A DNA stretch of 64,000 nt from Polyangiaceae bacterium (GTDB taxonomy: Bacteria > Myxococcota_A > Polyangia > Polyangiales > Polyangiaceae): positions 96,001-160,000 of the forward strand of contig JBNKBE010000002.1 of NCBI GenBank assembly GCA_050287085.1, given 5' to 3'. Made by a program: the position numbers and the translations under genes. Shown piece by piece: positions 18,195 to 26,957 of the stretch (the stretch's first letter is position 1; each line of letters begins with the position of its first letter). The notes below the pieces were generated by a model. That model was not told the origin of the DNA. It saw only the letters and a program-made list of their open reading frames with translations, and did no database searches.

Positions 18195-20084
18195 TCATTG
18201 ACGAGTGGATGGCGGCAGGGCTTGAGGCCCTGCCGTCAAGCCGCCTTCACGTGAATCGGCGACGCCATAATAGCCATCAGGAGCGATGAGAATCACGTTG
18301 GCGTCGCCGATGGTGCGGCGCGGGCGATCGATGTGATGGCCCATGGCTTTGAGTTGACGGATCAGTGCCTCGGGAGGGGGGCGGAGCCCCTCGAAGCGCA
18401 GTGCGTCTGGTACGAATCCGTGGTGGACGCGGGGGTGATCGACCGCCGCCCGGAGCGATAAGCCATAGTCGGCGACGCCGCGAAGCACCGCTGTCACGGT
18501 GTTCGGAATGGTGTCCCCACCGGGACTGCCCAGGACCAGCACAGGATGCCCCGAGTAGTAGACTAGCGTCGGGCTCATCGAGCTCGTCATGCGACGTCCC
18601 GCTTTCGGGACGTCGAGCCCCACCGTGCCAAAAGCGCCAAGCGAGTTGTTCATGACTATCCCGGTTCCGGGCACGATGACCTGCGCTCCAAAGCTGCCGG
18701 ATAGCGTGACGGTGCAGCTCACCACGTTGCCCTTGCTATCGACCACGGAGAAGTGCGTCGTGTGGTCGAGTTCTCGCATCGCGGCGGCGAAGTGCTTGTG
18801 GAGCGAAGCCGCAGGTGTCGCGTGCTTGGGATCGATAGGGTGCTGTGATAGCCAATGGGTTGGTTTGAGCCAGGGGGCTAGCGCTTGGCCGCCGTCGCGG
18901 GTGTCCGGGTCGACGACGTGAAAGCGCCGGTCGGCATGTGCGCGCTTGGCCACTTCTGCAAAGAGGTGAACGCCTGCCGTCGAGTCGAAGGGGACGCTCT
19001 CGGCCTTCAAAGCGTCCAGCATCGCAAGCATCTCGATGAGCGCGACGCCGCCGGCGGAAGGTGGGGGCATCGTCAGCACCTGGTAGTTGTGGTAGTCGAG
19101 GGCTAGCGGCGTCCGCCACCGAGCTTTGTAGTTGGCTAGGTCGCGTTCGGTGACGAGGCCCCCCGCAGCGCGGAGCCCGGCGCTCAGTTGTTGAGCCACG
19201 GTGCCGGCGTAGAGGCCATCGCTCCCGACTTGTGCGATGCGCTCCAGCGTATCGGCCAGTTCCGGCTGAATCAGTCGCGCTCCCTGCGCTAGCGGCTTGC
19301 CTTGGGGGGCGCCGAATAGTCGCCGCGCTTCGGGGTCACGCCGCAGCGTAGGCCACGCCCAAGATAGGACCTGTGCCTGCCGGGCCCCGAGTGTGGCTCC
19401 GCTTCGTGCCAGGCCTAAGGCTGGGGCCAGCACCTGAGCGCGCGGTAGCGAGCCGAAACGCTCATGGGCTCGCAGCAGACCCGCGACCGTGCCAGGCACT
19501 CCGGCGGCGCTTGCGCCCCGCCCGCCCTGCGCGATCATCGCGTCGAAGAAGGGCTGAGTCAGGGTCTCGGGCGCGCGCTCGCGAAAGTCGAGAGCTGCTA
19601 CGGGGGAGCCGCTCATGCCGATTAGCATGAAGCCGCCACCCCCGAGGTTGCCCGCGCTGGGATGGGTGACGGCCAAAGCGAAACCCACCGCAACCGCCGC
19701 GTCGACCGCATTGCCTCCGGCGGTGAGCATCTCGATGCCGGCCTGGGTTGCTTGGGCTTCCACGGAGGAAACCATGGCGTACGGCGAGAACACGGCACCT
19801 TCGCCGCGTCGAGCGTCCCAATGGGGGGGCCACGCGTCTGGGTCTTGGGGGCGCGCTTCGGGGAGGCCTTCGGTGCTGGTCGAAGCGGTGACGGAATGGG
19901 CGGCCGAGCGCTCCGGGGTGGGCTTTGGGGCGGAGCTGCTCGAGTTGACTCGGGCTGGGGCCAACCGGGGCGTTCGATTGCAGGCAGCAATCGCTAGGGC
20001 TGAGCCCACTAGCCAGGCGAGGGCGGCCGGGGCTCGATGTGTGCGCTTCGGAGCGCGCTCCCATGTTGCCGCGGTCACGACCAT
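18195..20084 (-). CDS. ggt: gamma-glutamyltransferase-family Ntn hydrolase, lipoprotein, atypical substrate pocket
   Basis: GGNAVDAAVA, AGNLGGGGF, DFRERAP, PPPSAGG, nucleophile TTHFSVVD, SSMSPT, GSPGG and lipobox LAIAAC. Confidence 0.9.
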   Translation of the reverse strand: MVVTAATWERAPKRTHRAPAALAWLVGSALAIAACNRTPRLAPARVNSSSSAPKPTPERSAAHSVTASTSTEGLPEARPQDPDAWPPHWDARRGEGAVFSPYAMVSSVEAQATQAGIEMLTAGGNAVDAAVAVGFALAVTHPSAGNLGGGGFMLIGMSGSPVAALDFRERAPETLTQPFFDAMIAQGGRGASAAGVPGTVAGLLRAHERFGSLPRAQVLAPALGLARSGATLGARQAQVLSWAWPTLRRDPEARRLFGAPQGKPLAQGARLIQPELADTLERIAQVGSDGLYAGTVAQQLSAGLRAAGGLVTERDLANYKARWRTPLALDYHNYQVLTMPPPSAGGVALIEMLAMLDALKAESVPFDSTAGVHLFAEVAKRAHADRRFHVVDPDTRDGGQALAPWLKPTHWLSQHPIDPKHATPAASLHKHFAAAMRELDHTTHFSVVDSKGNVVSCTVTLSGSFGAQVIVPGTGIVMNNSLGAFGTVGLDVPKAGRRMTSSMSPTLVYYSGHPVLVLGSPGGDTIPNTVTAVLRGVADYGLSLRAAVDHPRVHHGFVPDALRFEGLRPPPEALIRQLKAMGHHIDRPRRTIGDANVILIAPDGYYGVADSREGGLTAGPQALPPSTRQ

Positions 20085-20182
20085 CGGTTGACGGTAGCAA
20101 GGCCGCGACGCGCGTGCCAAGAGGAGTCCTTGGCGCGCTCTCTCGTCTTTCGCAAAGCGGCTGCTTTCGCTACGCTGGGCCC

Positions 20183-20686
20183 GTGGGATCCGACAAAGCA
20201 CTAGCCATCGCCATCGTCACGGTGAGCGATACCCGAACCCTCGAGACCGATACCAGTGGTGGCTATCTGGTGGAGGCGGCGATGGCCGCTGGCCACCGGA
20301 TCGTGCACCGGCAGATACTTCCGGACGATCTGGCGGGTCTGCGGCAGTGTTTTGCCGCACTGGTGCAGCGCACGGACGTTCAATGTGTGATTGCGACTGG
20401 CGGCACCGGGATCACCGCCCGGGACGTGACGCCAGACGCGCTGGCGCCCCTCGTAACGAAAGAAATCGTCGGGTTTGGGGAGCTCTTTCGCTGGCTGAGC
20501 TACGCCGAAATTGGAGCTTCGACCATTCAGAGTCGGGCGCAGGCCGCTTTATGTGAACAGACCTTGGTGTTCTTGCTCCCAGGCTCTACCTCGGCTTGCC
20601 GCTTGGCGATGGAAAAAATCATCTTGTCCCAGCTGGACGCGGACACGAAGCCCTGTAACTTTGCCAAGTTGTTGCCTCGCTTGTGA
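20183..20686 (+). CDS. moaB: molybdenum cofactor biosynthesis protein B (MoaB/MogA family)
   Basis: [45 protein letters not shown] and KPCNF. Confidence 0.92.
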   Translation: MGSDKALAIAIVTVSDTRTLETDTSGGYLVEAAMAAGHRIVHRQILPDDLAGLRQCFAALVQRTDVQCVIATGGTGITARDVTPDALAPLVTKEIVGFGELFRWLSYAEIGASTIQSRAQAALCEQTLVFLLPGSTSACRLAMEKIILSQLDADTKPCNFAKLLPRL

Positions 20687-20716
20687 GCTAAGGGGGCCGG
20701 CTCGTCGCTGTGCTCC

Positions 20717-21823
20717 TCAAGCGAGCTCTTCACGTGGGCATATTCCTGGGTCGCAGATGGCCCAGCGGGCAGCTTCCCCTGCGGGCGGACACCAAACGAC
20801 AACGCCGAGCGCGCGCGCTTCTCGCACGACGGTTGGGGCTCCCTCGTGTCGTGACGCCGTCAGCAGTACGTCAGCGGAGCGGAGCCACCGCAACGTCAGA
20901 GTCCGCGGCAGGCGTCCGAGAAACGAGGTGTCGGGGAAGCGCTGACGCAACGCGACGAGCTCGGGGCCATCGCCGATGACGAAGATCTTGGCCCCGATTG
21001 GAAGGGGGGCACACTCAAGCGCGACGTCCACCCGCTTGCTCGCAACCAGGCGGCCTATCACCACGGCTACGAATTCGGAGCCGAGGCCCAGCTCGCGACG
21101 GACGACGTCTCGCGATGGCAGTGTTGGCAGTGAGATCGGAGCGGCGCGTACGGGGGCCTTGCCGATAGTGGCGCGGGTTTGGGCACAAGCCAGCTCCAGT
21201 AGGTCCCGACGGGGTGCGTCTGCGACAAACTCCAGCCTTGGGCCGGTCGCCAGCAGACGACGCAGCAGGGCTTGGGCGAGCGGGCGTGGCAGCTGACACA
21301 ACACTCGGGCGTCGCTGCCGTGTATCGTGATCCGAAGCGGCCCCGCCCCCGCTGCGATCGGCCAACCCGCGGGGAGAAGCCAATGCGCGATGAGTCGGTC
21401 GTACTTTCCGTCGCGGACCACACGCCGTGCGCGGGTGATGAACGCAAGCGCACCGAGCCAGCGAAAGGGATGCCCCCGCATGCGTTCCAGTGCTCCCGGC
21501 CAGCCGAAGGCGGAGCCACCGCCGAGAGCGTCAAAGGTCAGGCCGGGCTCCGGCTGCGAGCGGGTTCGGCCCCAGCCGGATTGGGGCATGACAACCGTGA
21601 CTTCGTGTCCCTCGGCGCGGAGCGCAGCGACTTCGGTTGCGACGAAGTGACCGCTCGGATCTTCGGGGGAGCATGGATAGCTAGTGGTGATGACGGCGAT
21701 GCGCTCTCGCGCTTTCCCCTGGGCCTGCGTCGCTTGTGGCGCCGCTTTCATGGCAGGCTGTGGCGCCGCTTTCATGGCAGGCTGTGGCGCCGCTTTCATG
21801 GCAGGCTGTGGCGCCGCTTTCAT
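20717..21823 (-). CDS. GT4 (GT-B) glycosyltransferase with an N-terminal 8-aa repeat
   Basis: VITTSYP, SGHFV, AHWLLP, IHGSD, GRLVASKRVD, IGDGPE and EGAPTVVREA. Confidence 0.85.
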   Translation of the reverse strand: MKAAPQPAMKAAPQPAMKAAPQPAMKAAPQATQAQGKARERIAVITTSYPCSPEDPSGHFVATEVAALRAEGHEVTVVMPQSGWGRTRSQPEPGLTFDALGGGSAFGWPGALERMRGHPFRWLGALAFITRARRVVRDGKYDRLIAHWLLPAGWPIAAGAGPLRITIHGSDARVLCQLPRPLAQALLRRLLATGPRLEFVADAPRRDLLELACAQTRATIGKAPVRAAPISLPTLPSRDVVRRELGLGSEFVAVVIGRLVASKRVDVALECAPLPIGAKIFVIGDGPELVALRQRFPDTSFLGRLPRTLTLRWLRSADVLLTASRHEGAPTVVREARALGVVVWCPPAGEAARWAICDPGICPREELA

Positions 21824-21830
21824 GGCAGGC
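21735..21830. repeat. perfect 24-bp tandem repeat x4 spanning a stop/start overlap
   Basis: TGTGGCGCCGCTTTCATGGCAGGC x4. Confidence 0.97.
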
Positions 21831-22158
21831 GAGGATAGACTTCCGTAAGCGCTTCACCATGGATGCGATGTAGCTGCGTCAAACGATAGAGAAACTCGAA
21901 CGAGTACAAGCCCGCACTATGACGATCTCCCCACACCAAGCGCAGCGCGTAGTTGCCCACCGGCTGGATTTCGAGCAATTGGGAATCGTGGCCGGCGCGG
22001 AACTCGATATCCGGACCGTGTCCTTGGCAGGTCGCACAGGGACAATACCCGCGCAACAATCGAGTACTCAGACGGGTCGCTGTTTCCCCTTGCCAGCGAA
22101 GCTCGAACCAATCGGCCCCGAGCGGTGAATGGATCCCTTCCAGGCGAGGCGTCGACAT
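21820..22158 (-). CDS. DUF971 / gamma-butyrobetaine hydroxylase N-terminal-like metal-binding protein
   Basis: LRGYCPCATCQG, PVGNYALRLVWGDRHSAGLYSF. Start uncertain (MSTPR chosen). Confidence 0.85.
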   Translation of the reverse strand: MSTPRLEGIHSPLGADWFELRWQGETATRLSTRLLRGYCPCATCQGHGPDIEFRAGHDSQLLEIQPVGNYALRLVWGDRHSAGLYSFEFLYRLTQLHRIHGEALTEVYPRLP

Positions 22159-22240
22159 GGTTCGCCCCATATCGGTGCGCGACTGAAAGGGCCAGTAATT
22201 TTGCCTCGCGTCCAGTGCCCCCGCTAGCGTGCGCAAAGCG

Positions 22241-23587
22241 ATGGCAAATCGACGTGTGCAAGAGGTGAGTACTCCCCCCGCCGCTCTAGAGATAGCGACT
22301 CCTTCGGCGCCGACTGGGGGCTGGCGATTGCGCCATTGGTTGCTCATGTGTCTGGTGCTCGGGTTTGGCACATGGATCTACCCGCGAGGCAAGGCCGCGT
22401 GGCAGCTTCATGATCGCGCCACGGCCATGGCGGACTACGCCCTATGCGCCGCCGGGCCCGTGGGTCCCTCGTCGCTGCTCGACCATCCGAGCGGCTTCGT
22501 ACAGCTGATGCGGGCTCGCCTGCTTGTCGCATCGCCCGACGCGCAGCCTTTTGCGGCCTGCACGCGGGCCGCGAAAGAGGTCCTCAACCAGGAAGCAGCG
22601 GCCGCGACCCTTCTCTCGGCGGCGACATTTTCAGACTATGGCATGGTCGATGGCGCCCCGGTCTCGGCCAGCCTCGCGCAGTTGGTGCCGAACGAGGCGC
22701 AGCTGGGAGCCCTACTTGAGCAAGCTTGGCCCTTCGAGCGCGGCGGCTACCGACATTTGGTCAAGAGCTCGTTGGGTGCCAAAGAAGCCCTGCACCCGGT
22801 GGAGTTTCCCAATCCCGGTTTGGGCCATGGGCTGCCGGGGTTTCGCACGGCGTACCGGACGGCTTGGCACTCCGGGGGACGCTGGTTCTTGGCCTTGGGC
22901 CAAGGGGCGACCCTGCGCGTGCTCGAGAGTCGCGACGAAGGCGCCACCTGGGAGCCGACGACGCTCAATCAGCCGCGAATCATGGACTTTGCCGGACGGT
23001 GCCGCAGTGCGGATGAACGCTCCCAGGTATCATTTACCATCGAGCGGCAGGAGGACGGTCTGTACCTCCACTCTTACCTTGGGGCCGAGGAACGCGACAC
23101 GGTATCACTGGTAGGAGTGAGCGAGGTGCTTGCGATGAGTTGTGACGTTGCCTCCGCAGTTCTCGGTGTTGAGAATACACACGGCCAACGCACGTTGCTG
23201 GGCTGTCGCTACGGTGGGGGCTGCTATCAGATCCCGGCTGATCCTCGCTGGGTTAAGGCTCATTTCGATGTGGCACAGGTGCAAGGTACGACCGTGCTCG
23301 CGACGGTTGACGCGGGCGTCGTACGGGTCCGGACTAGTCGCGATTCGGGGCGGAGCTGGACACCCGCTACCGTGGCCTTCGATTGGCAAGCGCACCCCAA
23401 CACGACGGATATCAAGTTGCCGAATCGGCTGCTGGCCCTTGGGGACCGTGTGTTGCTCTATGGCGCGGCCGAGCCCGGTCAAACCTATCCGGTGCTTACC
23501 TCTGACAACCAGGGCGCTTCCTTTCACGCGCCCATCGTCGAAGTATCTGAGACGAGCGGCCCTCAGCCCTTCAGTGCGTCGCGCTGA
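22241..23587 (+). CDS. membrane-anchored protein with BNR/Asp-box repeats
   Basis: One N-terminal TM (WLLMCLVLGFGTWIY). Asp-boxes SRDEGATW, SRDSGRSW and SDNQGASF. Several paired Cys. Confidence 0.7.
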   Translation: MANRRVQEVSTPPAALEIATPSAPTGGWRLRHWLLMCLVLGFGTWIYPRGKAAWQLHDRATAMADYALCAAGPVGPSSLLDHPSGFVQLMRARLLVASPDAQPFAACTRAAKEVLNQEAAAATLLSAATFSDYGMVDGAPVSASLAQLVPNEAQLGALLEQAWPFERGGYRHLVKSSLGAKEALHPVEFPNPGLGHGLPGFRTAYRTAWHSGGRWFLALGQGATLRVLESRDEGATWEPTTLNQPRIMDFAGRCRSADERSQVSFTIERQEDGLYLHSYLGAEERDTVSLVGVSEVLAMSCDVASAVLGVENTHGQRTLLGCRYGGGCYQIPADPRWVKAHFDVAQVQGTTVLATVDAGVVRVRTSRDSGRSWTPATVAFDWQAHPNTTDIKLPNRLLALGDRVLLYGAAEPGQTYPVLTSDNQGASFHAPIVEVSETSGPQPFSASR

Positions 23588-23609
23588 AGGACTTGTTGGG
23601 CCGGGCGCG

Positions 23610-26600
23610 CTAGGCGTTCGGTTCTGCGAGTGCGGCGCGGGCCTCTGGATCGTCGGGAATGCGTCGCAGGATTTCCCGATGGCATCGCTCAGCACGTCGC
23701 GGACTGGCTAGCGGACCTGCGTATAGTTGCGCAAGTATGCGATATGCTGCGGCTTCGACCTCGAGCGTATCACCCCGGCGCGGGAGCTCAAGGAGCACCG
23801 CTTCCGCCTGCTCAGGATCCGTCGTCGCGAGCAATCGGCCGAGTAGCAGGCGTGCTCTGCCGTCGTTGTGCTCCTCGGCTAGGCGTCGGAGTTCCGGCGC
23901 CGCCTCTTCAGCGCGACCCAGGGTGAGCATCAATTCGGCGTGCTCGCGGCGCAGGGCTTGAATGCGTGGTGCATCGGAGGTGGCTGCCAGCGCCCGCGAG
24001 ACGAGGTCCAGGCGAGCTTCTGCTTCCAGGGTGGCGTCCAGGTGTTCCGAGAGCGCGTCAAAGAGGGCTTCGTTCGCTGGGTCGCGCTCAAAACCCGCTT
24101 CGAAGGCGGCTCTTGCCAAAGCTTGCTCTCCGACTTCGAGCCATAGCTTGCCGGCGCGAAGGAACGCCAGCGCGCCGTGTTCATTCGAGGCGGCGTAGTG
24201 GGCGGATTGCTCGTAGGCGAGCGCGGCGGCGGCTACGTCGGTGCGCGCCTCCAGCAGTTGGGCGCGCAGGTCATGGGCAAGCCAGTTGTCCGGCGCTTCG
24301 CCAATGGCCTCTTGAAGCAGCTCAACGGCGAGCGCAGGTTGCTCCTGTCGGGCTGCGACTTGCGCGGCTTCATACGCGAGTCGGGAGCGGTCGTAGGGGC
24401 GCTCAGCGCGACGTCGCAACTCACGGCATACCTCAATCAACAGCGCCTCATCTCCTCCGAGCCGCAGCTGGGCCTGTAGGTGACGGAGCGCTGAACTCGA
24501 AGCGTGGTCTATGGCTATCTGCTTGAGCAGCTCGATAGCAGCTGGGTAGTCCTGATTCTGGCGTTGCAGACGCGCGGCCAGCTCGAGATGAGCGGTTCGC
24601 TCCGGTTCATCGAGGGTTGCTGCCAGCGATTGCTCGACTTCCAAGAGGAGCTCACGATCGCCTGTTTCGAAGCCGAAGTGCTCCGCTCTTAGCAGCGCGT
24701 CCCAGGCTCGGGGCGACAGCCTCAGCGCATGGCGCAGCCACGTGCCCTCCTGGTTTCGCTCGCCACGGCGGTGAGCGATGCTCGCTAGCTCCAGAGCGAT
24801 CTGGGAGCGCTCAGCCTCTGGCGCGTCGGAGAAGACCCGTTGACTCAGCTCAGCCACCAACTGTGGCTCCAACTCGGTGCCGACCGCGGTGCGCTCAAAG
24901 GTGCTCTTGGCGATTGGGTTCGGATCCAATTCGAGGCACTCCTGGGCTAGCTCTGCGGCCTTCTGAGTTTCGAAACTGAGTTCCTGGTGCCAGGCGGCGG
25001 CCAAGAGCAGCGCCGCCTTTAACGCTGGGTCCTGCGTATTGCGGCCCAGCCTTTCGAGTTGTGCCGCGGCGCCCGAGGTGCTGGGCGGAGAGAGCTGCCA
25101 AAGCGCAAGCGACAGCGATAGGTCCGCGGGTAGTGTGTCCTGGGCTGCCGTGAATGCGGCTGCGCGCTGCGGCCGGGACAACTCGCCGTCAAGGGCTTGA
25201 AGCAAGGCGGGTAGCAGGCCTTCCGTCGCCCCGGAGGGCGCTTTCCCTGAGGCTTGAACACATTCGAGCCACTCGGTGCATCGGCCGCTGCGCCGCAGCT
25301 GCCATCGCCGCTGCAGGCCAAGCAACATAGCCGACAGCGTGTTCCCTTCAGCCGGAGTCGTCGGTGGCGTCCCGTCGGAGAGGCCGAGTAGGAAGCTCAG
25401 GTAGTCCCGTTGCTGCCCCGGCGCTAGTGAGGTCAGCGCCTTCTGCGCGAGCGCTTCATCGCGTGGGCCAGCTTGGCCCAGACCCCAGAGGGAAGGCTCC
25501 GTGAAGTTCTCCGAAGCCACGGCGCTGGCGTAGAGCGTGGTCATTCGTTCACTGAGTACATCGTCCTGAGTGTTCGCTCGGTGACACTCCGTGAGAACCG
25601 CGCCGACGAAGCTGGCCGCGGCTGTACTCGGGGCATCGATCGAGAAAAAGTTGGCGAGCCGCTGTCCGACGTCCGGGGCGTTGTGCTCTGCCGCGTGCTC
25701 CAGTCCGATGAATTCAGCCAGAGGTCGCAGGCCATCGGCCGCGGTGGACAGATGCCTGGGTGGGGGCAGTTCACGCTCGCCCCGTCCGAGTGCTAGCCAT
25801 AGCTCGAGTGTCTCATTCGTTCCTCCGCTATCGCTTGTCAGCGCTGACGCGCGCCGCGCCAGGGTGGCCGCGGCAAAAGCGAGCGCCCGTGAGGCACCGC
25901 TGGCTGTCGGCTCGTATTCAGCGGGCGCCTGGGGAAGCATGCCGGTGAGCAGATTGACAGCAAGTCGGTCCTCCTGCGTAAACGCGGGGCCGCCCAGAAC
26001 AGCACCGGCTGCGTCCAGCTGACCTTGCAGCCGTAGAGACAGGAAGCGCAGAAGCGCAACGCTCCTTTCGGCGCTGGGGTCGGGTTCGCTAGCCAGGGCA
26101 TGGTCCAGGTAGGGGAGTGCATCGGCGAGCTGCTCGCTCTTCTGGATGAGCGCGCAACCCAATAGCCAGCTGGCGGCGGTGCCGAGTTCTTCCTCCTCGA
26201 GCAGGGCGGGAAGGTAGCGAATGGTGCCTGCGAGGTCCCCTTTTTGAACGCAGGCCCTGGCCCAGCTCAGGGCTGTGAGCGCTGAACTGGGCTGGGTGGG
26301 GCCCGGGCCCGTCACCAGCTGCACGAGCTCAGTTGCGAATGCGTTCAAGCGCTCCCCGCCGGGGGAGTTGGGCCAGCTTATGCTGAGTGGAAGACCTGCC
26401 TCGTATTGGGTCAGGAACTGAAATAGGCCAGGACGGGGATCTGCAGGCAGCAACGCGTGGGCCCGCCGCATGAACTCGATGCCCTGGACGGGGGTTCCTC
26501 TCACCAGGCGATGGAGTTCGGCGATCAGGATCAGGTGGTGTGCGATGGTCTCGGCGGGCCATCGAGGCTCCGAGCCGTCGGCGGTCGTTGTCGTTTCGGG

Positions 26601-26957
26601 GGACCTGGCCGCGACTCCATCCAGCCATCGCCGCAGCAGGTCATAAGCCGTGGCGAGATCCTGATCTGCCACCGCCAACTGACGTGCCAGGAGCAATCCG
26701 GCCCCCGGCGCGTGCGCTTCTGCTTCAAGTGCAAGTCGCTTGGCGTCCTCGATCTCCTCGCATGAGGCTCTGAGCTCAGCGGCTAGCAGCAGATAGCTCG
26801 CAGCGGCGTCGGCGTCGGCGCCCTCCGCCTCTGCTTGCAACCAAGCTGCGCAGGCGTCCGGGTCAAAGGCTTCGTCGAATCCGTCGTCGCGCCATGTCCA
26901 GGCCAGTTCACCAGAGGCGTTGATGCGGGGTTCGGGGGTCAGTTCACTCTCGTCCAC
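23610..26957 (-). CDS. large alpha-helical TPR-like hypothetical protein (~1115 aa)
   Basis: Long Ala/Leu/Glu-rich ORF with TPR-like turns (LELDPNP, GEAPDNW, ERDPANE). GTG at 26957 is preceded by AGGAGG and overlaps the upstream gene. Confidence 0.75.
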   Translation of the reverse strand: MDESELTPEPRINASGELAWTWRDDGFDEAFDPDACAAWLQAEAEGADADAAASYLLLAAELRASCEEIEDAKRLALEAEAHAPGAGLLLARQLAVADQDLATAYDLLRRWLDGVAARSPETTTTADGSEPRWPAETIAHHLILIAELHRLVRGTPVQGIEFMRRAHALLPADPRPGLFQFLTQYEAGLPLSISWPNSPGGERLNAFATELVQLVTGPGPTQPSSALTALSWARACVQKGDLAGTIRYLPALLEEEELGTAASWLLGCALIQKSEQLADALPYLDHALASEPDPSAERSVALLRFLSLRLQGQLDAAGAVLGGPAFTQEDRLAVNLLTGMLPQAPAEYEPTASGASRALAFAAATLARRASALTSDSGGTNETLELWLALGRGERELPPPRHLSTAADGLRPLAEFIGLEHAAEHNAPDVGQRLANFFSIDAPSTAAASFVGAVLTECHRANTQDDVLSERMTTLYASAVASENFTEPSLWGLGQAGPRDEALAQKALTSLAPGQQRDYLSFLLGLSDGTPPTTPAEGNTLSAMLLGLQRRWQLRRSGRCTEWLECVQASGKAPSGATEGLLPALLQALDGELSRPQRAAAFTAAQDTLPADLSLSLALWQLSPPSTSGAAAQLERLGRNTQDPALKAALLLAAAWHQELSFETQKAAELAQECLELDPNPIAKSTFERTAVGTELEPQLVAELSQRVFSDAPEAERSQIALELASIAHRRGERNQEGTWLRHALRLSPRAWDALLRAEHFGFETGDRELLLEVEQSLAATLDEPERTAHLELAARLQRQNQDYPAAIELLKQIAIDHASSSALRHLQAQLRLGGDEALLIEVCRELRRRAERPYDRSRLAYEAAQVAARQEQPALAVELLQEAIGEAPDNWLAHDLRAQLLEARTDVAAAALAYEQSAHYAASNEHGALAFLRAGKLWLEVGEQALARAAFEAGFERDPANEALFDALSEHLDATLEAEARLDLVSRALAATSDAPRIQALRREHAELMLTLGRAEEAAPELRRLAEEHNDGRARLLLGRLLATTDPEQAEAVLLELPRRGDTLEVEAAAYRILAQLYAGPLASPRRAERCHREILRRIPDDPEARAALAEPNA

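Noticed and set aside
21735..21830. 24-bp repeats as a CRISPR array
   Set aside because: The units are directly adjacent with no spacers, and there are no cas genes in the window.
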